A stretch of 64,000 nt of DNA. Origin: Candidatus Bathyarchaeota archaeon (GTDB lineage: Archaea > Thermoproteota > Bathyarchaeia > TCS64). The stretch covers positions 608,001 through 672,000 of the forward strand of contig CAVYVF010000023.1 of assembly GCA_963771885.1 (NCBI GenBank), written 5' to 3'. Positions 20,472-28,273 of this stretch are shown one piece after another. The translations under genes and the position numbers were made by a program. The notes under the pieces were generated by a model. It made no database searches. It was not told the DNA's origin and worked only from the letters and a program-made list of their open reading frames with translations. Numbering within the stretch: position 1 is the first letter of the stretch; each line of letters opens with the position of its first letter.

Positions 20472-20798
20472 ATGTCCGTAGTTGAGAAGAAGGAGATAAC
20501 CGTCGCCGAGGCAAAGGCGCTTCTCGAAGCCAAGGCGGAGGAACTCGACCCGCTCCAGCGCAGGGTGCTCGACTACACCGTCCGCTTCGCTAAGACGAGC
20601 GGTGAGGAGTCAGATAAGCTCGTCACTGAGCTCATGGCGAAGGGGGGTATCGAGAGGCAGCTGGCCGTCCAACTCGCGAATTGTATGCCCGGCAGTGTAG
20701 CGGAGATTCGTACCTTCCTCGGTCGCCAGAGGATCATATCTGAGGAAGCGGTAAACGACATTCTAACAATAATTAAGAAATACAGGGCCGCGCCATAG
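20472..20798 (+). CDS. rpoF: RNA polymerase subunit F (Rpo4)
   Basis: ITVAEAK...QRRVLDY...F-K...P...EIR pattern; conserved rpl21e-rpoF-DUF655 order. Confidence 0.9.
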   Translation: MSVVEKKEITVAEAKALLEAKAEELDPLQRRVLDYTVRFAKTSGEESDKLVTELMAKGGIERQLAVQLANCMPGSVAEIRTFLGRQRIISEEAVNDILTIIKKYRAAP

Positions 20799-20817
20799 GC
20801 TACTGTAGCTCTCCCGG

Positions 20818-21414
20818 GTGAACGACTTGTATAGGGATCAGAAGAAATACGAAGAGTATGCATACGTCTTGGACTATCTCTCACACGGTCGACCCGGCGC
20901 GCCGAGGACGCCACATACATCGAGCGGCGTCGTACAGATGGTGGGCGAGTCCTACTTTACCCTCCTTGAGGCCTCCCCGAAGAAGGACGCCGACTACAGC
21001 CCGCGGGACAGGATATTTGTGGGCAAAGGGGACAGGGCGCTCGTATCCCACATAATCGGCAGGGTCGCATACAATGACCTCACTAGCTCGGCGAGGGCAG
21101 AGCTACCCGGCCTTATCGAGGTCGTCGTCAGAGCAAACGAGCCCTTCTTCGTCAACTTCTTCAACACGAGTCAACCGGTTACGCCGAGGATGCACAGCCT
21201 CGAGCTTATTCCCGGCATCGGGAAGAGGCTCATGTTCCATATACTTGACATACGGGAAAAGTCGCCATTCAAGAGCTTCAAGGACATTGAGGAGCGCGCA
21301 AACCTGAAGGACGTGGCGGGGCTTCTCACTAAGCGCGTGCTCGAGGAGCTCAGTCAGGAGGAAAAATACCTCCTCTTCACCCGCCCGAGTGCGGAGCACA
21401 CATACCCCATATAG
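20818..21414 (+). CDS. DUF655 putative RNA-binding protein
   Basis: EEYAYVLDYL, GESYFTLLE and RMHSLELIPGIGK motifs. Confidence 0.92.
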   Translation: MNDLYRDQKKYEEYAYVLDYLSHGRPGAPRTPHTSSGVVQMVGESYFTLLEASPKKDADYSPRDRIFVGKGDRALVSHIIGRVAYNDLTSSARAELPGLIEVVVRANEPFFVNFFNTSQPVTPRMHSLELIPGIGKRLMFHILDIREKSPFKSFKDIEERANLKDVAGLLTKRVLEELSQEEKYLLFTRPSAEHTYPI

Positions 21415-21460
21415 GGATAATCTTTTTACCTTCAGGTGTAGACTAATAACCCGATTAGGG

Positions 21461-22219
21461 TTGAGGCTGGACGAGGAGATGGGGGAACTCCGGAAGGAGC
21501 TGCAGAGCTTCCGCACGGAGACGAGGCACCGCCTCGAGCTCATTGAGAGCGAGGTGACCAAGCAGGTCAGCCTCAATTACAACCGCGCCATAATCGACTA
21601 TCTACAAGGCGCGACGCTCGACTTCATTGACTCCCTCAAGTGCGCCAAGGGCGAGAACGAGGCGAGATGCAAGCATGGTATGAAGGAGGTCCAGAAGCAG
21701 TATCTTGAGCTGCTCAAAACGGGTAGGATCAGGGACAGCCTCGGCGCACTTAGAGGTGCCGTTGAAGCTACAGTGAAGATGGAGGCCAAGCTCACCGCGG
21801 GGGGTCAGACATCTTGTGCCGAGTGTATGAGGAAGGAGGTGGAGTTCCTTGAGATCAATGGCGGGCTTCTCAACCAACTCACGATGCTCCAGGAACCGAG
21901 GTCAGTTGTAGTCGATGAGAGGAGTTCTATCTCATCTCTCGATGCCGTCGCAATGGAGGAGGGCATACTCGACCCGGTCGCCCATAGGGCTCGGCTCCAG
22001 ATAATGCTCAGCATCTTTAAAGGGGAAAACAGGTTCGCCGACTTTACCTCCGCCACAGGCCTTAGGGGTGGTCACCTCCTATATCACATAAACAAGCTCC
22101 TTGACGGTGGACTCGTCCAACAGTACGAGTCGAAGGACTATGTCCTGACGCGCAAGGGGTTGAAGACGCTCGTCCTCCTCGCTCAGATGGGGGAGGAGCT
22201 TGCCCCCGCGGCGGAATAG
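21461..22219 (+). CDS. ArsR-like winged-helix regulator with a Cys-containing helical N-terminal domain
   Basis: C-terminal PVAHRARLQI...GLRGGHLLYHINKL...YVLTRKG wHTH; four Cys including CAEC. Confidence 0.8.
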   Translation: MRLDEEMGELRKELQSFRTETRHRLELIESEVTKQVSLNYNRAIIDYLQGATLDFIDSLKCAKGENEARCKHGMKEVQKQYLELLKTGRIRDSLGALRGAVEATVKMEAKLTAGGQTSCAECMRKEVEFLEINGGLLNQLTMLQEPRSVVVDERSSISSLDAVAMEEGILDPVAHRARLQIMLSIFKGENRFADFTSATGLRGGHLLYHINKLLDGGLVQQYESKDYVLTRKGLKTLVLLAQMGEELAPAAE

Positions 22220-22314
22220 CCGGCTTCAGTCCCTTTATATTATTATGCGCCGATCCCGGCATCAGGAGCCATTATGTTTTTAAGAATCCTGATGTGCATG
22301 TCTGTGGATAAACC

Positions 22315-22812
22315 TTGAACGCCAGGAACTTCAGGAACCCAGACCGCATGGCTTACACGCGGCGCAAGTTCATGGGCGGCATACCCGGAAACAAAATCGT
22401 CAAATTCACAATGGGCAACACGGGCAAGAAGTTCCCGGTGAGGGTAGAGCTGATCAACCTCGAGCACAGCCAGATCAGGAACAACAGCCTTGAGGCGGCG
22501 CGCATCGCGGCCAACAGGCAGCTTGAGCTTCAGCTCGGCACTGACTACTCTATGAAAGTGATACCCTTCCCCCACATTGTGCTCAGGGAGCACAAGCGTG
22601 TCAACGTCGCCCAGGCTGACCGTTTCCAGGAGGGCATGAAGCGCCCGTATGGTAAGCCTACAGGCACAGCGGCCCGCGTCAAACGCGGTGAGCCCCTGAT
22701 AGTCATCGAAGTCGAGCAGGCGGGCGTCGAGGTGGCGAAGGAAGCCCTTAAAAGGGCAATGGACAAGTTCCCTATTCCGAGCAGGATCTTCGTAAAAGAG
22801 AACACAGAGTAG
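22315..22812 (+). CDS. rpl10e: 50S ribosomal protein L10e (uL16)
   Basis: AYTRRKF, QIRNNSLEAARI and ADRFQEGM..PYGKP motifs. Confidence 0.96.
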   Translation: MNARNFRNPDRMAYTRRKFMGGIPGNKIVKFTMGNTGKKFPVRVELINLEHSQIRNNSLEAARIAANRQLELQLGTDYSMKVIPFPHIVLREHKRVNVAQADRFQEGMKRPYGKPTGTAARVKRGEPLIVIEVEQAGVEVAKEALKRAMDKFPIPSRIFVKENTE

Positions 22813-22813
22813 A

Positions 22814-22838
22814 CCCGGGATTTATCCCGGTTTGTTTT
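22814..22838 (+). terminator. GC hairpin plus T-tract after rpl10e
   Basis: CCGGGA-TTTA-TCCCGG followed by TTTGTTTT. Confidence 0.5.
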
Positions 22839-22972
22839 CTACGACGGTATGTATGAAATGGTTTTTTCACAGATCGACGTGTAAATAATATTATTTTTTG
22901 GTTACTTTCGGTGAAATTGGTTTAGAAACTATGTATTTAACGTATACCATTTTTCCTGGTTCAAATGGTTGG

Positions 22973-24349
22973 TTAGATTTTACCGTATTCCCAGAGGAAG
23001 GCGGCACACATCTTTGCCGTAGTGATGAACTCCTCGATGCCTATCCACTCGTTAGGCGCATGGGCGTAGTGAGGTGGCATCCCGTCGCTGCCCGAGGAGG
23101 CGGAGACCATCTTGAGCGGTGGGGCCGTGTAGTACATGCTTGGCCCCGTGCCGCCGCTCATGGGATAGATGAGTGGCTCGTTGAAGCCGAGGTCTTGTAT
23201 AGCTGCCCTGTGTGCAGCGACTATGCGAGTGTCAGAGGGGCTCCTGTGGGCATTCGCCTTCCAGCCGTTGAGCTTTAACTCGACGTCTGTGAAGCCGTGG
23301 CTCTTGAGGTGAGTCTCGACCTTGTACCAGACGTCATCGGCGTCCATGCCAGGGACGAGGCGTATATCCATATTTGCCTTCGCCCACGGCGGATTGATGG
23401 TGTAGGCGGCAGGTCCGACGTAGCCGGACTGGAGCCCGTTTATCGTGAGGGTTGGCTCGAACATATATGCCTCGATGAGGTCGGCGCCGTGTAGCCCCCT
23501 CATGAAGCCCTTGACGCCCCACTGCCTCTTCATCTTATCCTCCTCACCTGTCGCCGCTAACATTTCAAGGAGTTTTCTATCGCCGTGCTCAGGCCCCTTG
23601 ACGTTGTCGTAAAAGCCCTCAACAGCAATCCTGTCGTCCTCGCCCTTCATGCTCTCGAGGGCCCAGACGAGGCGCCAAGCCGGGTTCTCGACGACGGGGG
23701 CACAGCTGCTGTGAACAGGGCCGCGGCTATGGTCGCAGACGAGTTGCAGGTCTATGCAGCCCTTGCCTCCCAGGGTGATCCTCGTGTCTCTATGCTGTGT
23801 GCTGAATGTTCCCGGGCACCACTCGGCCTCGGCTTTTAACATCTTCTCTGGGTGCTCTCGGAGGAAGCGGCGGAGTTGCCAGCTTCCAACCTCCTCCTCG
23901 CCATCGAATGTGAAAACGATGTTGACGGGGACACCTATGGTCTCCCTCAGAGCTTTTATCGCCAATAGTTCAGCGACTAGAGCGCCTTTGCTATTGATTG
24001 CTCCTCGGGCAACAATCCTACCGTCGATCATCTTCGCCTCGAAGGGAGGGCTCGCCCACTCGTCGAGCTCGCCGACGGGTTGAGTGTCATACATCTGGTA
24101 CGCCGTTAGGGTATGATGCGAGTCAGGGCTGAGCAGCTTGCCGTATATCACCGGGTTTCCTTCTCCCTCGACTGGCACGAGTTCGGCCTGGGCTCCGGTC
24201 TCCCTGATCATGTCGCGTACCATCTCGGCGCACTTGTAGACGTTCTCCCGCTCCCCCGAGACACTTGGCTGCCTTAAGAGCTCCTGGCAGCGTTTGATGT
24301 ACTCGTCGCGGTTGGCGTCTATTTGTTTGAACACCTTTTCTAGGGACAT
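22973..24349 (-). CDS. M20 family peptidase/deacylase (ArgE/DapE-like)
   Basis: YDTQP, W.SPPF, ARGA..SKG, GEEEVGS and HAPNE motifs. Confidence 0.92.
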   Translation of the reverse strand: MSLEKVFKQIDANRDEYIKRCQELLRQPSVSGERENVYKCAEMVRDMIRETGAQAELVPVEGEGNPVIYGKLLSPDSHHTLTAYQMYDTQPVGELDEWASPPFEAKMIDGRIVARGAINSKGALVAELLAIKALRETIGVPVNIVFTFDGEEEVGSWQLRRFLREHPEKMLKAEAEWCPGTFSTQHRDTRITLGGKGCIDLQLVCDHSRGPVHSSCAPVVENPAWRLVWALESMKGEDDRIAVEGFYDNVKGPEHGDRKLLEMLAATGEEDKMKRQWGVKGFMRGLHGADLIEAYMFEPTLTINGLQSGYVGPAAYTINPPWAKANMDIRLVPGMDADDVWYKVETHLKSHGFTDVELKLNGWKANAHRSPSDTRIVAAHRAAIQDLGFNEPLIYPMSGGTGPSMYYTAPPLKMVSASSGSDGMPPHYAHAPNEWIGIEEFITTAKMCAAFLWEYGKI

Positions 24350-24412
24350 CGCATTCCCGATGGCATCCTCCCCCGGAGCCTATTTTAATGTTACAACACA
24401 CCGTCTAATCGC

Positions 24413-25414
24413 ATGTACGAGCTCGAGCTTGAGCGAGTCATCTCCGAGATCAAGAAGAGAGGTGCTAGGAGGGTGCTCCTTCAGCTCCCGGACGGGATGC
24501 GCCCCTACGCCTTCGAGATTGCGGAGCACATAAGGGGGGAGACGCCCACCGAGGTCATGATCAGCGGTGACTCCTGCTACGGCGCCTGCGATATAGCCTC
24601 CCGGCAGGCGCTTGACCTGAACGTCGACCTTCTCATCCACTACGGCCACGCCTGCTTCGTTCAGTCCCCCGGCGTCCCCGTACTCTACATTGAAGCGCGG
24701 ATACAAATCGACGTCTCTAAAATGGTCGAAGCTGTCACTCCGAGCATATCGGATTGGGCTAGGGTCGGACTCACAAGCACTATCCAGCACACGCAGCAGC
24801 TGAGAGAGGTTGCTGAGGCGCTATCAAAGAAAGGCGTTAAGGCGCTTGTCGGCGAAGGAGGCGGACTTACGCCGGAGCCCGGGCAGGTGCTCGGCTGCAG
24901 TTACGCCGCCGCTACGAGGCTCCCAGAAGACGTCGACGGCTACATATTCATAGGCGGAGGCAGGTTCCACCCGCTCGGCCTCGCCCTGAAGACGGGAAAA
25001 CCCGTCATAGTAGCCAACCCATACAACGGCTCTGTAACTCGACTCGACGAGGGTGAACTAATGCAGCTCGCCAAGAGGCGCGTGGCACTCATCGAGGTTG
25101 CGAAGGCAGCGAAAAAGATTGGAATCATCGTAAGCTCAAAACTTGGGCAACGTGCTCTTGCGGATGCGATGGTCCTCGCCGAGAAACTCGGAGACAGGGA
25201 GAAGACCGCCTTCCTCATCTACGTCGACGAGGTCCGCGCCGACCAACTCAACAACTTCACCGAACCCGAGGCATTCGTCGAGACAGCATGCCCCCGTATC
25301 GCCCTTGACGGCGTCGCGGGAATCAATCGCCCCATACTCACAATAGCCGAGGCGCGCATCCTACTCGGCGAGAAGACATGGGAGCAGACCTGGGGCGCCG
25401 CCTACCTAGGCTAG
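24413..25414 (+). CDS. dph2: Diphthamide biosynthesis enzyme Dph2
   Basis: LLQLPDG, CYGACD, HYGH, GQVLGC, GRFH and TACPR motifs. Confidence 0.95.
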   Translation: MYELELERVISEIKKRGARRVLLQLPDGMRPYAFEIAEHIRGETPTEVMISGDSCYGACDIASRQALDLNVDLLIHYGHACFVQSPGVPVLYIEARIQIDVSKMVEAVTPSISDWARVGLTSTIQHTQQLREVAEALSKKGVKALVGEGGGLTPEPGQVLGCSYAAATRLPEDVDGYIFIGGGRFHPLGLALKTGKPVIVANPYNGSVTRLDEGELMQLAKRRVALIEVAKAAKKIGIIVSSKLGQRALADAMVLAEKLGDREKTAFLIYVDEVRADQLNNFTEPEAFVETACPRIALDGVAGINRPILTIAEARILLGEKTWEQTWGAAYLG

Positions 25415-25516
25415 GAAAGCTTCACCAATCAGTTTATTAAAAAGCGGAGGCATAACAGGAACGGTCCCCAGAGGACCGGCTCGATAAGCGGCGGTTGCCG
25501 ACACAGGCGCAACGAA

Positions 25517-26095
25517 ATGTCAAAGGCAAAAATAATCAAGAAGAACGTCTTCCCCGGCGAGGAGCTCGCGGTCATCGAGGAGTACAACAAGGGGGAGGGC
25601 AGCTACCAGGAAAACGGGCTGGTTCGCTCAGAGGAGCTCGGCGAGACGAGGCTCAACGCGGAGAGGAGGGCGATAGAGGTCAAGAAAGCGACAAAGAAGC
25701 TCAACCTCCCGCTCGAGGGCGTCGTCGTCATAGCCCAGACGGGCTCCGTGACGCGCCGGGACGCACGCGTCGACATCTTCCGCGTCGCAGGCAAGAGGAT
25801 CGCGCCGACCTACACTGGCGTTGTGCACATCAACGACGTTGCCCGTGAGTTCGGTAGGAACCTCGAGCAGGCGATACGCCCCGGTGATATAGTACGGGCT
25901 GTCGTCGCGAACACGAAGAACCGGATCATACAGCTCAGCATGGCGGGGCCGGAGTATGGCGTCGTCTACGCCTACTGTAGCAGGTGCGGCGGCATCATGG
26001 AGAATGATAAGGGCCGCCTGACGTGCCCCAAGTGTAAGCGCGTCGAGCGCCGGCAGATGGCGAGGAGCTACGGCAAGGAGGATATCTCATCATGA
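25517..26095 (+). CDS. csl4: Exosome complex subunit Csl4
   Basis: VFPGEEL..IEE, S1 domain and CSRC..CPKC zinc ribbon. Confidence 0.94.
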   Translation: MSKAKIIKKNVFPGEELAVIEEYNKGEGSYQENGLVRSEELGETRLNAERRAIEVKKATKKLNLPLEGVVVIAQTGSVTRRDARVDIFRVAGKRIAPTYTGVVHINDVAREFGRNLEQAIRPGDIVRAVVANTKNRIIQLSMAGPEYGVVYAYCSRCGGIMENDKGRLTCPKCKRVERRQMARSYGKEDISS

Positions 26096-26385
26096 AGCTT
26101 AACATTGTAAAGGAAGAGGAAGGATACGTCGAGGTGGAGTTCGGCAGTGAGGGCCACACGCTTCTTAACCTGTTGCAGACTAGTCTGCTGGAGGACGCCG
26201 CCGTTGAGATGGCGGGTTATACGCGTCCTCATCCTTTGATGGATAGGAGTAGGCTCTTTATCCGCTTTAAGGGTAAGAAGGTGAATCCTATGGAGGTTCT
26301 TAAGAAGGCGGCGGATAATGCTGAGGCTAAGCTCGCTGAGTTTGATGAGGGCTTCAAGCAGGGTGTCTCCAACCTTAAGAAGTAA
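26092..26385 (+). CDS. rpoL: RNA polymerase subunit L (Rpo11)
   Basis: EGHTLLNLL and AGY..PHPL motifs. Confidence 0.95.
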   Translation: MKLNIVKEEEGYVEVEFGSEGHTLLNLLQTSLLEDAAVEMAGYTRPHPLMDRSRLFIRFKGKKVNPMEVLKKAADNAEAKLAEFDEGFKQGVSNLKK

Positions 26386-26408
26386 GCCGCGTAGCATTTT
26401 CACTAGGC

Positions 26409-26882
26409 TTGACTTTCCAGAGGATACGCCAGGTAAAGAGGGAGATACGAGTCCTCGGCGTAGCGGCGAGACGCGACGTTAAGGGATACATTATTATCGG
26501 CATTGTTTACCGGGGGAACCTCTGGCTTGACGGCGCCCTCATGGCGAATTCAGACAGTGACGATCTCACAACCGCCATCGCGGACATGCTGGCGGGCTCC
26601 ACCCACTCGGGGCAGGTACGCGTCATCCTCCTTAGCCGACACAACCTCCCATCCGAAGCTAGGCTAGATGCATCTGAACTCTATGCTAAGGCCGGGAAAC
26701 CCGTCATCATACTCGGCGACGGCACTTTATGGGTCTGGAAAACCGGGGGCAAGGAGATACACTACACTGCCGAGGGACTTGACCGCTGGACAGCCGAGGC
26801 CGTTCTTAGGGCTTCCACACGTGAATGTGTAACCCCTGAAGCCCTCAGGGTGGCTGCGTTAACACTATCCGCTTTAGCTTGA
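26409..26882 (+). CDS. DUF99 family protein (endonuclease V-like fold)
   Basis: IRVLGV, GIVYRG..LDG and PEALRVA motifs; conserved position between rpoL and tfs. Confidence 0.75.
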   Translation: MTFQRIRQVKREIRVLGVAARRDVKGYIIIGIVYRGNLWLDGALMANSDSDDLTTAIADMLAGSTHSGQVRVILLSRHNLPSEARLDASELYAKAGKPVIILGDGTLWVWKTGGKEIHYTAEGLDRWTAEAVLRASTRECVTPEALRVAALTLSALA

Positions 26883-26948
26883 GGGTTAGATGCATAAGGT
26901 ATTAATAGAACCAGTCGGGGTTAAGGGCTGTTGATGGAGGAGTAAAAA

Positions 26949-27269
26949 ATGAAGTTTTGCTCTAAATGCGGGACAATGTGCACCCTCGACCACAAGAAGA
27001 GGTGCTACATATGCCCCAAGTGCGGCGCCGAGCAGCCCATGACCGAGGCGATAAAGATAGAGCGCGAGGTAAAGGGTGAGGATAAGATCGTCGTAATCGG
27101 CAAGAAGGAGCAGAACCTCCGCACGACGGCGCAGACTAAGGCGGAATGCCCTAAATGCGGGAACGACAAGGCGTCCTGGTGGCAAGTCCAGACGCGCGGC
27201 ATTGATGAGTCGGCAACCCAGTTCTATAGGTGCACAAAGTGCGGCCACACGTGGCGCGACTACAGCTAA
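26949..27269 (+). CDS. tfs: Transcription factor S (TFS / RpoM-like)
   Basis: Two zinc ribbons and the QTRGIDE catalytic acidic pair. Confidence 0.95.
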   Translation: MKFCSKCGTMCTLDHKKRCYICPKCGAEQPMTEAIKIEREVKGEDKIVVIGKKEQNLRTTAQTKAECPKCGNDKASWWQVQTRGIDESATQFYRCTKCGHTWRDYS

Positions 27270-27542
27270 GCCCTTAACTCGGTCCTTTTACCCCCTACCA
27301 CTGGAACACATTTTATTACCATCGAACCCACGGCTACGCCCATGCTCGATAACAGGAAACTTGCTGGTCTGCTCTTCTATACCGCCTAGGCGCAGTGCGT
27401 GCGCATGCGGAAGTTCCTGTTTTCTAACCCTATTCGCTTAAAGAACACATAAAACGGTCCCAATTACCCACCGATCCACCCACAAGAGGTGTGTATCTTT
27501 ACAAAATGTGATCATGCCCGCGAATGCGGGTAGACTGAGATG

Positions 27543-27725
27543 TTAAATGAGGCGGTGGGTGCGTTGGAGATCCTTGCGCATCCAGTTATAGTGCCTCAGA
27601 GTCTTTGTCTCACCGAAACCACACGCGGCACACACCTTGAGCCTCATGTGATAAGCCCTGCGTCCGCAGCGCCTACACCTCATGTGAGTCCGCTTCCCTG
27701 TATGAAGAGCATGCTTAGTCGGCAT
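27543..27725 (-). CDS. rpl37e: 50S ribosomal protein L37e
   Basis: THMRCRRCGRRAYH...CAACGFG. Confidence 0.95.
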   Translation of the reverse strand: MPTKHALHTGKRTHMRCRRCGRRAYHMRLKVCAACGFGETKTLRHYNWMRKDLQRTHRLI

Positions 27726-27735
27726 TCAAATACAC

Positions 27736-27966
27736 CTAACCCTCGGGCGGCGGAGAGATCATGATCACGTTGTCGCCGCGGAGCACTATCGTCCCAATCA
27801 TCTCGTTCTTCATCGGGTCGCTGACGTTCTCCGCGTCCTTGAGTACAAGGTTGACGTGCTGGTCGAAACCTTCGAGGGTACCCCTCAGCGTCTTGCCGCC
27901 CCTCACCTTTATGAGGACGGTCTTTCCAAGACTGCGCTCAAGGACCCGCTCAATCATCTCAGCCAA
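27736..27966 (-). CDS. Sm-like (Lsm/SmAP1) protein
   Basis: GTLEGFDQHVNLVL and IVLRGDNV Sm motifs; conserved Lsm-L37e pairing. Confidence 0.95.
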   Translation of the reverse strand: MAEMIERVLERSLGKTVLIKVRGGKTLRGTLEGFDQHVNLVLKDAENVSDPMKNEMIGTIVLRGDNVIMISPPPEG

Positions 27967-28106
27967 ATTAACTATCTCCTATTTTCCCCGTCGGGCTCTA
28001 ATCGAATAACCGAGTTCCCCTATTAAATGTTTGGTATAGTCATGGTTTCCACCGTACCTATGATACAACGTCGAAAAAATATGCCGATTCAGGACGCTCT
28101 AACCCT

Positions 28107-28122
28107 CAAAAACGTTTATTAG
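28107..28122 (+). promoter_or_regulatory. BRE/TATA promoter of the rpoB operon
   Basis: CAAAAACG-TTTATTA about 150 bp upstream of the rpoB start. Confidence 0.55.
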
Positions 28123-28148
28123 CGAGTTCACGCCCTACATTGCAGCCT

Positions 28149-28245
28149 CTGCAGGGTCGTGGCTTCTAAGATATGTTCCGAGAAAGAGGAGGGATACCGT
28201 TCGATTAGTAATTCAACCCATATAGAGAGCCGCGCAGCCCTGCAG
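28149..28245 (+). other. Long imperfect stem-loop in the predicted 5' leader of rpoB
   Basis: CTGCAGGGT-CGTGGCT-TCTA-TATG pairs with CATA-TAGA-AGCCGCG-GCCCTGCAG (about 24 bp including G-U pairs and small bulges). Confidence 0.55.
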
Positions 28246-28273
28246 TCAAACACCCCCCTTGAGGATTGATGTA

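Noticed and set aside
27507..27538. Possible C/D box sRNA (GTGATCA...CTGA)
   Set aside because: The C box is imperfect and the element is too short; the CCCGC/GCGGG hairpin is better explained as a 3' structure of the rpl37e transcript.
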